This document shows, piece by piece, positions 49,903-59,504 of a stretch of DNA of 64,000 nt (positions are counted from its first letter, which is position 1; each line of letters starts with the position of its first letter). The DNA is from an uncultured Parachlamydiaceae bacterium. GTDB taxonomy: Bacteria > Chlamydiota > Chlamydiia > Chlamydiales > Parachlamydiaceae. The translations under genes and the position numbers were made by a program. The notes below the pieces were generated by a model. It had not been told where the DNA came from. It worked only from the letters and a program-made list of their open reading frames with translations, and did not search any database. The DNA is taken from the NCBI GenBank assembly GCA_963742415.1, contig CAVULX010000003.1, positions 800,001 through 864,000 of the forward strand, given 5' to 3'.

Positions 49903-52457
49903 ATGTTTGATAAATTTACCAATCGTGCAAAACAAGTCATTAAGCTGGCCAAAAAAGAAGCTCAACGACTGAACCACAACTACTTAGGAACTGAACATGT
50001 TCTTCTTGGACTGCTCAAGCTCGGCCAAGGCGTCGCTGTCAATGTTTTGCGCAATCTCAATATCGACTTTGAAACCGTACGCAATGAAGTCGAAAAACTG
50101 GTCGGCTATGGTCCTGAAATTCAAGTCTATGGAGATCCGGCACTTACAGGAAAAGTAAAAAAAGTTTTCGAATATGCCAACGAAGAGGCTGCCAACTTCA
50201 ACCACAATTATGTAGGCACAGAACATCTTTTGCTCGGCTTGCTCCGCCAAACCGATGGCGTTGCAGCCCAAGTGCTGGAAAATCTCAATGTCAACCTCAA
50301 AGAAGTGCGCAAAGAAGTTCTAAAAGAACTGGAAACCTTCAACCTGCAACTTCCTCCTATCGGGGCTGCTCCCCCTCCCTCGCAGACTGCCGGCCAAGGA
50401 GCAGGGCCATCGTCAAAATCTTATGAAAAACCCCCTGGTGGGACAAATGATAAAATGCCTGCTCTAAAAGCCTATGGCCACGATCTGACCGAAATGTGCC
50501 GCGAAGGAAAGATGGATCCTGTCATCGGCCGCAAAGAGGAAGTGGAACGCCTAATCCTGATCCTCTGCCGCCGCCGCAAAAATAATCCCGTTCTTAGTCG
50601 GGGAGGCTGGTGTTGGAAAAACAGCCATTGTCGAAGGACTGGCCCAAGCTATCGTCAAAGGGGAAGTCCCCGACAACCTGCGCAAGAAAAAGCTGATCAC
50701 TCTCGATCTCGCTTTGATGATTGCCGGAACAAAATACCGCGGCCAATTTGAAGAGCGAATCAAAGCTGTCATGGATGAAATCAAAAAGAATGGCAACATT
50801 CTTCTTTTCATCGATGAATTGCATACGATTGTGGGAGCCGGAGCTGCAGAAGGTGCCATCGATGCTTCCAACATCTTAAAACCTGCTCTTTCTCGCGGGG
50901 AAATTCAGTGTATCGGCGCAACCACGATCGATGAATACCGCAAACATATCGAAAAAGATGCCGCTCTAGAACGTCGTTTCCAAAAGATTTTAATTGCTCC
51001 CCCCACTGTTGAAGAAACGATCGAAATTCTCAATGGCTTGAAAACCAAATATGAAGAACACCATAAGTGTCATTTACACCCCACGCTTCGTTGCACGCAG
51101 CAGCTATTCTTTCCGACCGCTATATTCATGGCCGTTTCCTGCCCGATAAAGCGATCGACCTGATCGACGAAGCCGGCGCCAAAATGCGCATTTCAATGAT
51201 GAATCAACCTCAAGATATCAGCAACTATGAAGCCGAAATCGAAGAGACACGCATAGCTAAAGAAGAGGCGATCGGCAAACAGGAATATGAAAAAGCCGCT
51301 AAACTTGCGCGACAAAGAAAAAACCCTTCGCGAAAAGTTGCAGCAGATTCGCGCTGAGTGGGAAATCAACAAAGAAGAACATGAAGTGATTGTCGAAGAT
51401 GAAGATGTCGCCAACGTCGTCGCCAAACAAACCGGCATCCCTCTCAGTCGGTTGACGGAAGGGGAAACACAAAAAGTTCTGAAAATGGAAGAGATTCTCC
51501 GCGAAAATATCATCGGTCAGGATGAAGCTGTCAAAACTGTCTGCCGAGCCATTCGCCGCAGCCGAGCCGATATCAAAGATCCTAATCGACCCATTGGCGC
51601 CTTCCTATTCCTTGGTCCTACAGGTGTTGGAAAAACACTTGCTGGCCCGCTTGTTGGCCATCAACATGTTTGGCGGCGAAGATGCCCTCATCCAAGTCGA
51701 CATGTCCGAATACATGGAGAAATTTGCTGTCAGCCGCATGACAGGATCTCCTCCAGGATATGTGGGGCACGAAGAAGGGGGACAGCTCACAGAACAGGTG
51801 CGTCAGCGCCCCTATTCTGTCGTTCTTTTCGATGAAATCGAAAAAGCCCACCCCGATGTCATGGACTTGCTTCTTCAAATTCTGGAAGAAGGGCGTCTGA
51901 CAGACTCGTTTGGACGCAAGATCGATTTCCGCAATACCATCGTCATCATGACCTCCAACCTCGGTGCCGATCTGATCAAGAAAAGCACCGAAATGGGATT
52001 TGGAGCCCAAGAAGGGTCATTGGATTATGATCATATCAAAGAAAAAATCGAAAGCGCTGTCAAAAAGCACTTTAAGCCCGAATTTTTAAACCGCTTGAAT
52101 GATATCGTGATCTTCCGTCCACTGAATCGGGAAGGGCTGCTGCAAGTGATCGCTATCGAACTGAAGAAAGTCCAATCCAGGTTGAATCGTCGCGAAGTTT
52201 ATCTAACTTTGGACGATAAAGCCAAAGACTTTTTGGTCGATAAAGGATTCCAGCCAGAAATGGGAGCACGCCCCTTGCGCCGAACTATCGAACAATATTT
52301 AGAAGATCCTCTCGCTGAAAAATTGCTGATGCATCCCGATGAAGGGCGCAAATGCTTAGTCACAGTAGAAGGGGATCATCTTGTTTTCGTTGATCAAGAG
52401 GTCTTCCCCCAACATAAAGAAATCAAACAAAAAGTCGCCTCCGCCCCAAAAAGCTGA
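49903..52457 (+). pseudogene. clpC: ATP-dependent Clp protease ATP-binding subunit ClpC, broken by five single extra bases (probably intact in vivo)
   Basis: [12 protein letters not shown]lp-N repeats, [45 protein letters not shown] spread over consecutive ORFs; removing 5 nt gives 849 aa. Confidence 0.9.
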
Positions 52458-52503
52458 TCTTAAATTTCCTCAGTGATCTCAACAGCTCCTAGGCACAGAA
52501 AAG

Positions 52504-52657
52504 AAACAGGATAAGCAAGATCGTAAACGGCAGGATAAGCAAGATATTCAATAAAGAGTAAGAATATGCGGATATGATTGAGTTAAGACTGTTCAAAAAT
52601 TTCGTTTTTTCTTTTATCTTGCTTATCCTGCCGTTTACGATCTTGCATATCCTGTTT
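52504..52657. repeat. Palindromic element, ACAGGAT family, copy D
   Basis: aaacaggataagcaagatcgtaaacggcaggataagcaagata / tatcttgcttatcctgccgtttacgatcttgcatatcctgttt. Confidence 0.85.
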
Positions 52658-52928
52658 TTCCTTCTCAGTTTCTCCTAAATAACTTCTCTTAAGTAACAGA
52701 TTTTGAAAGTCTAAAATCAAGTTACAAGGGATGTCTGAAGTGAAGAAGAAAATGAGAAAATGAACCGACTACCCTTCACTTCTTCCCCTTAGTGGTTTTT
52801 TTTGAATCACATTCATCTTATATGTATTAATTACTTTAACTTCCGTTTTTTTAATTTATTTGCTATTGTACAAGCGATTTTGTTTTGTTTGAGAACATAA
52901 TTGTTTAATTAACATTACGGAGGTTGTC

Positions 52929-53450
52929 ATGAAAAAACTAATTCTCTTTTTAACTCTCTGTTCTTTTTCTCTTTCAAGTTGCTGTACCGTAACACGTTCT
53001 TCTGAACAAGCCATCACAATTGCTTCTAATCCTCCGAATGCAAGAATCACAATTGATGGGTATGATTGCGGAACGACTCCCCAAATCATTGCGGTAGATT
53101 TAAAACATACTCACCATGTTCTTATAGAAAAAGAAGGGTTTCAGTCAAAAAGTTATACTTTTAAGTCGAGAGTGAGCCCCCTAAAACTAAGTTCTAATGT
53201 TTTATTCCCAATTGGTCTTGGTTTAGTAGGCACGGGGACCGCGCTAGTTTTAATGAGCGGCACCACCGCTGGTCTTGCGGCTCCTTTTGTAATATTTGGG
53301 GCAATTGCCGGAGCATGTGTTGGGGGTGTTGTCGGAGCTGCCGGCACCGGAGTTGATATCTATTCAGGAAAAGGTTGTGAATTTACCTCAAACGCAATTC
53401 AAGCTAATTTAGAGCCAATGCTAATACCTCCCTATAAAATTTCGCAATAA
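52929..53450 (+). CDS. PEGA-domain lipoprotein
   Basis: Lipobox LSSC; ITIASNPPNARITIDG..GTTP...IEKEGFQ; Gly-rich hydrophobic C-terminus. Confidence 0.8.
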   Translation: MKKLILFLTLCSFSLSSCCTVTRSSEQAITIASNPPNARITIDGYDCGTTPQIIAVDLKHTHHVLIEKEGFQSKSYTFKSRVSPLKLSSNVLFPIGLGLVGTGTALVLMSGTTAGLAAPFVIFGAIAGACVGGVVGAAGTGVDIYSGKGCEFTSNAIQANLEPMLIPPYKISQ

Positions 53451-53535
53451 GAACCGATCTGAAGAATATTCAAAATAAAAATCTTGAAAAAAACAGGAAT
53501 ATTGGCGCACAATGAGCCAAACAAACGAGTAACGT

Positions 53536-53898
53536 ATGCATATAAACAAGATCATTTCAAGCTATTATGAGGAGCTTCAACGTGCTTTTGAGGCAAAGCA
53601 AATAGATTTCTCCAAGCTTCATTTAGCTGATAATATTCGCGTTGTGGGCCCCAACGAAAATTTTGAGGGGCGGCATCATGTTGAAAAAATGTATAAACAA
53701 TTCATTCTGATCGTCGAATATTTTGACATCAAGCATCAATATATCGATAAGGATTCAGCCTGCACGATTTTAGATTGTGTAACCCATACCCCTGCCGGAA
53801 CCGTTTTGACAGCGGAATGGATTCTCGTTAAAGATGATCACATTTCTGAAATTTACCCCATTTATGACTCCGCAGCCTGGGCTAAAATAGGCCCATAG
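53536..53898 (+). CDS. NTF2/SnoaL-like small protein
   Basis: 120 aa; LADNIRVVGP..FEGR and terminal VKDDHISEI pattern. Confidence 0.65.
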   Translation: MHINKIISSYYEELQRAFEAKQIDFSKLHLADNIRVVGPNENFEGRHHVEKMYKQFILIVEYFDIKHQYIDKDSACTILDCVTHTPAGTVLTAEWILVKDDHISEIYPIYDSAAWAKIGP

Positions 53899-53916
53899 GC
53901 AAGTCATGTTGTCCCA

Positions 53917-54226
53917 CATCAAGCTAAGGAAAACCATTTGTTAGCAGGCTGAAGGCCTGCCATATAATAGCCTGGGGCAGCGCCCCAGGTATTGTAGCAA
54001 TTGGAAGTTTTAATTTTCTAAACATCACGGAATTGCGCATTAATATTGCAGGCTCTCGCCTGCTGGGGCGTTGCCCCAGGCCATTATATGGCAGGCCTTC
54101 AGCCTGCAATGCCTTTAATAACTAAACCTGGGGCGCTGCCCCAGGCTATTATAAACCAGGCCTTCGGCCTGATCAAAAAGGCAATCTGCTTAGCTTGATG
54201 CGCATGGGCTTGACGCCGCATTCCAA
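53917..54226. repeat. Composite REP/MITE-like element: three ~45-bp CCTGGGGC..CGCCCCAGG units inside 12-bp inverted repeats
   Basis: Units 53944..53989 (forward), 54063..54107 and 54127..54171 (reverse); outer catcaagctaag 53917..53928 / cttagcttgatg 54189..54200; followed by half of a GGAGTGCGGC REP. Confidence 0.8.
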
Positions 54227-54233
54227 AAAGCTT

Positions 54234-55787
54234 TTAAGCCAAGCTTTGGAGCAGATGATCTCCCACACGCAAGGCATTTGCAATCACTGTGAGGGAGGGG
54301 TTAACAGCTCCAATGCTGGGAAAGAAACTCGTATCGACCACATATAAGTTGTTGAGTTCATGGGCTTTACAATTTAAATCCAATACGGATGCTTTGGGAT
54401 CTGTTCCAAATCGGCAGGTTCCCGCTTGATGGGCCACCCCGGCAATCGGAATATTTGTTTTAAGGTAGAGATTTCTAGGGATTAAATATTCCGGGTTCAT
54501 CCCTAAATGATTAAGCATTGACTTAAGCTTTTCATATAATTTCTGAGAAGGTATTTGATTATTCGGCTTGTAATTCAAAGTGACTTTTCCCGCTTTGTCC
54601 ACCGTGATCCGATTTTGGGGATCGGGAAGATCTTCGGTCATCAACCAGAAATCAACTGCATGGCGGGAAATTTCCTCTAGTGCCATCTGAGGAACTAAGG
54701 CTGTTTCAAGAGGCTTTTCCCCTCTATACATAGGAGGCAAAGATTTTCCGACCATTTGGATGCTTCCCATGGGGTATTTAAACTCCTCCATTCCGAAGTA
54801 AAAATCGTTCAAGGCTAGAGTTTTTTGAAAAAAAGTTAAATTAGGTTCTTTGGACAAGGCCAATACCGCTTGGCTATTATGAAACATATAGTGGCGTCCA
54901 ACCATGTCTGAACCATTAGCAAGACCTTTCGGATGTTTATCATTGGCTGACATCAAGAGCAGCTTGGCTGAATTGGCGGCCCCGCAAGAAACAACAACAA
55001 CGCCTCCTTTAAAGATCGTCGGCTTGCCTTCGACCTCAACAACCACTTCATTGACAGAAGTTCCTGCAGTATTCGTATTGAGTTTTATCGCTTTTGCATT
55101 TGTAAGCAATTTGAGGTTTGAAAACTTCAATGCCGGACGGACGGCGATCACTTCCGCATCGGCTTTGGCATGGACTAAGCAAGGGAAGCCGTCACATGTT
55201 TGGCACCGGATGCAGGGACTAAAAGGGGGATTTTGCTCATTGAGCATAATTGCGCATGGGGCAGGAAAGGGGTGGTAGCCGGCGCTTTCGAGGTTGTTGT
55301 AGAGCTCTTGAATGCGAGGTTCATGTGAAATGGGAGGATAGGGATAAGGAGTACTTGCAGGAGGCTCTGTAGGATCAATTCCCCGTTTTCCATGGACTTG
55401 GTAAAGCTTTTCCGCTTTGGTGTAAAAGGGTTCCAGTTCTTCATAACGGATGGGCCATGCCGGAGATACTCCATCATAATGCTTAAGCTCGCTAAAATCC
55501 TCTTGACGTAGCCTAAAAAGGGCTGCTCCATACATTTTGGTCGCTCCACCGACGAAATAATGCACTTGCGGTTGAAAGGCTATTCCATTTTTGTCATACC
55601 AAGTATCAGGAGAGATATATCTGTTATCTTCGAATACGGCTTTGGCATCCCAGTTTTCCACTTCCCTCTTTAGCCAGCCCCCCTGTTCTAATAATAGAAT
55701 CCGCTTTCCGGAAGGGGCTAAATGGTATGCTAAGGTTCCTCCGCCGGCTCCGCTGCCAATAATGATCACGTCATAGTTTGTGTCCAT
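54234..55787 (-). CDS. GMC family FAD oxidoreductase
   Basis: IIGSGAGGG, VGGATKMYGA, CIRCQTCDGFPC, HQAGTCRFG, VNPSLT. Confidence 0.92.
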   Translation of the reverse strand: MDTNYDVIIIGSGAGGGTLAYHLAPSGKRILLLEQGGWLKREVENWDAKAVFEDNRYISPDTWYDKNGIAFQPQVHYFVGGATKMYGAALFRLRQEDFSELKHYDGVSPAWPIRYEELEPFYTKAEKLYQVHGKRGIDPTEPPASTPYPYPPISHEPRIQELYNNLESAGYHPFPAPCAIMLNEQNPPFSPCIRCQTCDGFPCLVHAKADAEVIAVRPALKFSNLKLLTNAKAIKLNTNTAGTSVNEVVVEVEGKPTIFKGGVVVVSCGAANSAKLLLMSANDKHPKGLANGSDMVGRHYMFHNSQAVLALSKEPNLTFFQKTLALNDFYFGMEEFKYPMGSIQMVGKSLPPMYRGEKPLETALVPQMALEEISRHAVDFWLMTEDLPDPQNRITVDKAGKVTLNYKPNNQIPSQKLYEKLKSMLNHLGMNPEYLIPRNLYLKTNIPIAGVAHQAGTCRFGTDPKASVLDLNCKAHELNNLYVVDTSFFPSIGAVNPSLTVIANALRVGDHLLQSLA

Positions 55788-55796
55788 AACTACCTC

Positions 55797-58514
55797 TTAA
55801 ATATGCCCGACCTTTTCTTTTTCGATCGACCTTGGAGATCCTTGCGAAGTGAATTTCCCATATTGTTGAATTAGCTTCGCGACCAAACTTGTCCATCCGG
55901 TTTGGTTGCTTGCCCCTAAGCCTGTCCCATTGTCCCCGTGAAAATACTCATGAAAAAGGATATAATCCCGCCAATGAGGATCGTTTTGAAATTTTTTAAT
56001 TTCTCCGTAAACGGGTCTGCGCCCCTGTTGATCTTTGAGAAAAATGGAAATCAAGCGAAGGGTGATCTCTGAGGCGACCTCCCATAGGTTGATCATGTTG
56101 TTAGAGTTTGGCGGAAACTCGATCTTTAATGTGTCTCCGTAGTAGTAATGAAATTTTTGCAAAGATTCAATAATGAGATAATTCAACGGAAACCAGACGG
56201 GACCTCTCCAGTTTGAATTTCCCCCGAATAAGCCTGTGGTTGATTCCGCGGGTTCATAATCCAGCTCGAATACTTTTTCATCGAAACAAATGATGAAAGG
56301 GTGTTTTTGATGATATTTAGAAACGGATCTGATGCCATAAGGGCTTAAAAATTGGTTCTCGTCGAGAAGTTTTTTCAAGACCTTGATCAATTTTGGACGT
56401 GATGCAAAGGCTAGCAGAATGCGCCCTTCAACGCCTAGCTCTTCGAGGTCCGCTACATTGTGGAGCATTTCCGGCCGATTTTTGATAAACCAAAGAAAAC
56501 GGCGCCGATAGTTAGGATATTGATTGGAGATTTGAGTTTCGTTTGTGGCCACGGCAAATAGGGGGATGACTCCGGCCATATTGTCTTGATGAAATATGTT
56601 TTCTTTTCCATCGGGCATGATCAAAAGGCTGTAATAGAAACCATCTTCCTTGTCCCACAGCCCATCTATGTTGCCTGTCACGTTATTGATGGCATCGGCA
56701 ATATCCACAAAATGTTCAAAAAATTTGGTGGCGAGGTCTTCGTAAACAGGGTTTTTAGAGGCAAGCTCCAGAGCAATTTGAAGGCAGTTAAGGCAATACA
56801 TCCCCATCCAGCCTGTAGCGTCAGGTTGTTCCAGTGTGCCCCCCATTGGAGGCCTGAGCGAGCGGTCAAAAGCTCCGATGTTATCCAGGCCAAGAAATCC
56901 TCCTTCGAAAATGTTCCGCCCTTCGAGGTCTTTGCGATTAACCCACCACGTAAAATTGATAACTAATTTTTGGAATACCCTTTCCAAAAAGGAGCGGTCT
57001 TCCCTTCCATACATCGTTTTTTCTATCTGATAGACCCGCAAAGCTGCCCAAGCTTGCACAGGGGGATTGACATCGGAAAAATTCCATTCGTAAGCTGGAA
57101 TCTGTCCGTCAGGGGTCAGATACCACTCCCTTGTAAGGAGGAGTAATTGTTTTTTTGCAAAGTCTGGATCAATCATTGCTAAGGAAATGGTGTGGAAAGC
57201 TAAATCCCAAGCGGCGAACCAGGGGTACTCCCATTTGTCAGGCATCGAAAATATATCAAAAGCATCTAGATGGGGCCAATGTTCGTTTCTGATTTTGTTC
57301 CGTCCTTCAGGCGGAGGGGGCTGTGTGGGGTCTCCTTGCAACCATCGCTTCACATTATAGTGGTAGCATTGCTTATTCCAGAGCAGACCTGCCAAGGCTT
57401 GCCGCTGCACGTTACGCATATCATCTGAAAGGGGATAAGGGGTAACTTGCTGATAAAATTCATCCGCCTCCTTCTTTCTTTGGGAAAAGAGGTTATCAAA
57501 ATTTTGGCTAAACGGTTGAGACCCATTTTGGGACTGGCCAAGGCGGAGTTTAATGACTTTTGTTTCTCCCGGGGCAATTTGCAGCTTGTATAAAACCGCC
57601 GCTTTGGTGCCTTGATTTTTTGGATTTACAGCCGTTTTATTTCCGTGAATCACATAGTCGTCGATCCCATCTTTGACATAAGGGGATTCATTTTGAGAAT
57701 GGAATAACCGTTGGTTATTAGTTTCATTCTCTGTGAAGAGGATGGCATCGGGGTGGTCGCTATACAGCCAATAATCTCCGAGCTGATTGTGAGAGACTTT
57801 TAATACCTGCAGCTGATTTGTTTTGTTGACGAGTTGGATGGAAGGCTTATGGGTGTTTTTGTCCCATGACCATGTGTTGCGAAACCACAAGGTGGGAAGC
57901 AGATCTAGGGTGGCTGTGTCAGGACCCCGATTGGCAATTGAAATCCGAATCAATAAATCTTGAGGGGTCTCTTTCGCATATTCTGTGAAGACGTCGAAAT
58001 ATCTCTCATCGTCAAAAATTCCGGTATCTAATAGCTCGTATTCGGGCTCGAGTCTTGTTCTCTTCTTATTGGTGTCCACAAGATCTTCGTAGGGATAGGC
58101 TTTTTGAGGATACTTATATAAGTATTTCATGTAGGCGTGGCTAGGAACGTTGTCTAAATAAAAATAATACTCTTTGACATCTTCGCCATGATTCCCCTCA
58201 TGGCCTGTTAAGCCAAATAAACGTTCTTTTAGAATAGGATCTTGCCCATTCCATAACGCTAGGGCAAAGCAGAGCAACTGCTTATCATCGGAAATACCGG
58301 CAAGTCCATCTTCTCCCCACCGGTAGGCCCTGGAACGGGCATGATCATGAGGGAAGTATTCCCAAGCGGTGCCATTGGCGCTGTAATCCTCGCGGACCGT
58401 TCCCCACTGCCGCTCGCTTAAATAAGGTCCCCAAAGGCGCCACGGGGATGTTCCCATGCGTGTTTCTACAAGGCGTTTACCCTCTTCTGTGCTTTCTATA
58501 ACATGATCACCCAT
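55797..58514 (-). CDS. MGH1-like / GH63 glycoside hydrolase (glucosidase)
   Basis: WGPYLSERQWGTVREDYS, MPDKWEYPWFAAWD, GGFLGLDNI, NSNWRGPVW, EYFHGDNG.GLGASNQTGWT. Confidence 0.9.
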   Translation of the reverse strand: MGDHVIESTEEGKRLVETRMGTSPWRLWGPYLSERQWGTVREDYSANGTAWEYFPHDHARSRAYRWGEDGLAGISDDKQLLCFALALWNGQDPILKERLFGLTGHEGNHGEDVKEYYFYLDNVPSHAYMKYLYKYPQKAYPYEDLVDTNKKRTRLEPEYELLDTGIFDDERYFDVFTEYAKETPQDLLIRISIANRGPDTATLDLLPTLWFRNTWSWDKNTHKPSIQLVNKTNQLQVLKVSHNQLGDYWLYSDHPDAILFTENETNNQRLFHSQNESPYVKDGIDDYVIHGNKTAVNPKNQGTKAAVLYKLQIAPGETKVIKLRLGQSQNGSQPFSQNFDNLFSQRKKEADEFYQQVTPYPLSDDMRNVQRQALAGLLWNKQCYHYNVKRWLQGDPTQPPPPEGRNKIRNEHWPHLDAFDIFSMPDKWEYPWFAAWDLAFHTISLAMIDPDFAKKQLLLLTREWYLTPDGQIPAYEWNFSDVNPPVQAWAALRVYQIEKTMYGREDRSFLERVFQKLVINFTWWVNRKDLEGRNIFEGGFLGLDNIGAFDRSLRPPMGGTLEQPDATGWMGMYCLNCLQIALELASKNPVYEDLATKFFEHFVDIADAINNVTGNIDGLWDKEDGFYYSLLIMPDGKENIFHQDNMAGVIPLFAVATNETQISNQYPNYRRRFLWFIKNRPEMLHNVADLEELGVEGRILLAFASRPKLIKVLKKLLDENQFLSPYGIRSVSKYHQKHPFIICFDEKVFELDYEPAESTTGLFGGNSNWRGPVWFPLNYLIIESLQKFHYYYGDTLKIEFPPNSNNMINLWEVASEITLRLISIFLKDQQGRRPVYGEIKKFQNDPHWRDYILFHEYFHGDNGTGLGASNQTGWTSLVAKLIQQYGKFTSQGSPRSIEKEKVGHI

Positions 58515-58515
58515 T

Positions 58516-59283
58516 TTATAATCCGGAACTTTGATGCATGAGGCCGCCGTCTACAAATACACTTGTGGCTGTCATATAACTTGCATCATTACTGGCGAGA
58601 AAGGCGACAACTTTGGCAATTTCGTCAGGCTGCGCCATCCTTCCAAGGGGAATGGCTGAATCTAACTTTTGCAATAGTTGAGGATCCTTCATTGTCGATA
58701 CATTGATGGGTGTCGCAACGGCTCCGGGGCCAACTCCGGTGATAAGGATGTTATATTTAGCGAGTTCGATGGCTGCCGTACGAGTGAGCATTCTCATCCC
58801 CCCTTTAGAGAGGCAATAAGGGGTATTATTGGGCATCGGCCAGTCTTCGTGGACGGAGGTGATGTTGATGATCCTCCCTCCCTTTCCTTGTTTGATCATC
58901 TGCTTGGCTGCGATTTGAGTGCCAAAGAAGGCGCTTTTTAGGTTGATGGACAGGACTTTATCATATTGACTTTCTGTTGTGTCCAAGATAGATGTGCGGG
59001 TTTCGACTCCTGCATTGTTGACCATGACATCTAAATGGCCGAATTGTTTCACGGCTGCATCGACGAGTTTTTGTAAATCGGAGACTTTACTGACGTCGGC
59101 CTGAACTCCGACCACTTGATCGCCCAAGGCGAGCACTTTTTTTTCAATCTCTAAGGTGGCGGAAGGATTCACCACGTAATCGATGGCAATGTTGGCCCCT
59201 TGTTTTGCCAATTCAAGAACAATGCTGGCTCCTATGCCTGAGTTTCCTCCGGTGACGATGGCGGTTTTTCCTTTCAAATTCAT
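58516..59283 (-). CDS. SDR oxidoreductase, glucose 1-dehydrogenase-like
   Basis: TGGNSGIG, NNAG, TSVHE, YCLSK, GPGAVATPIN, IPLGR. Confidence 0.88.
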   Translation of the reverse strand: MNLKGKTAIVTGGNSGIGASIVLELAKQGANIAIDYVVNPSATLEIEKKVLALGDQVVGVQADVSKVSDLQKLVDAAVKQFGHLDVMVNNAGVETRTSILDTTESQYDKVLSINLKSAFFGTQIAAKQMIKQGKGGRIINITSVHEDWPMPNNTPYCLSKGGMRMLTRTAAIELAKYNILITGVGPGAVATPINVSTMKDPQLLQKLDSAIPLGRMAQPDEIAKVVAFLASNDASYMTATSVFVDGGLMHQSSGL

Positions 59284-59335
59284 AAGCTTATCCTTGAAAG
59301 GGTGAAAATTGAAGAAGAAGATGTCAAATAAAGAA

Positions 59336-59371
59336 ATATTCTATCTAACCTTTTAAGGTTAAATAGAATAT
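59336..59371. promoter_or_regulatory. Near-perfect 36-bp palindrome in divergent promoter region (possible operator)
   Basis: atattctatctaaccttttaaggttaaatagaatat. Confidence 0.45.
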
Positions 59372-59504
59372 AAATTGCACACCGATTTCTTCTTAATTTT
59401 TTATTATAACTTTTTCTTTTTCAGGTAAAGAAGAATCACATAAGATTGGAGACATCCTCTCTTAAAGGGAAAAAAAGACAATTTTTTTATAATGCACCCT
59501 TAGT

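Noticed and set aside
49903..52457. Programmed frameshifting or true pseudogenisation of clpC
   Set aside because: No slippery sites or nonsense decay; the extra bases fit merged SNP alleles.
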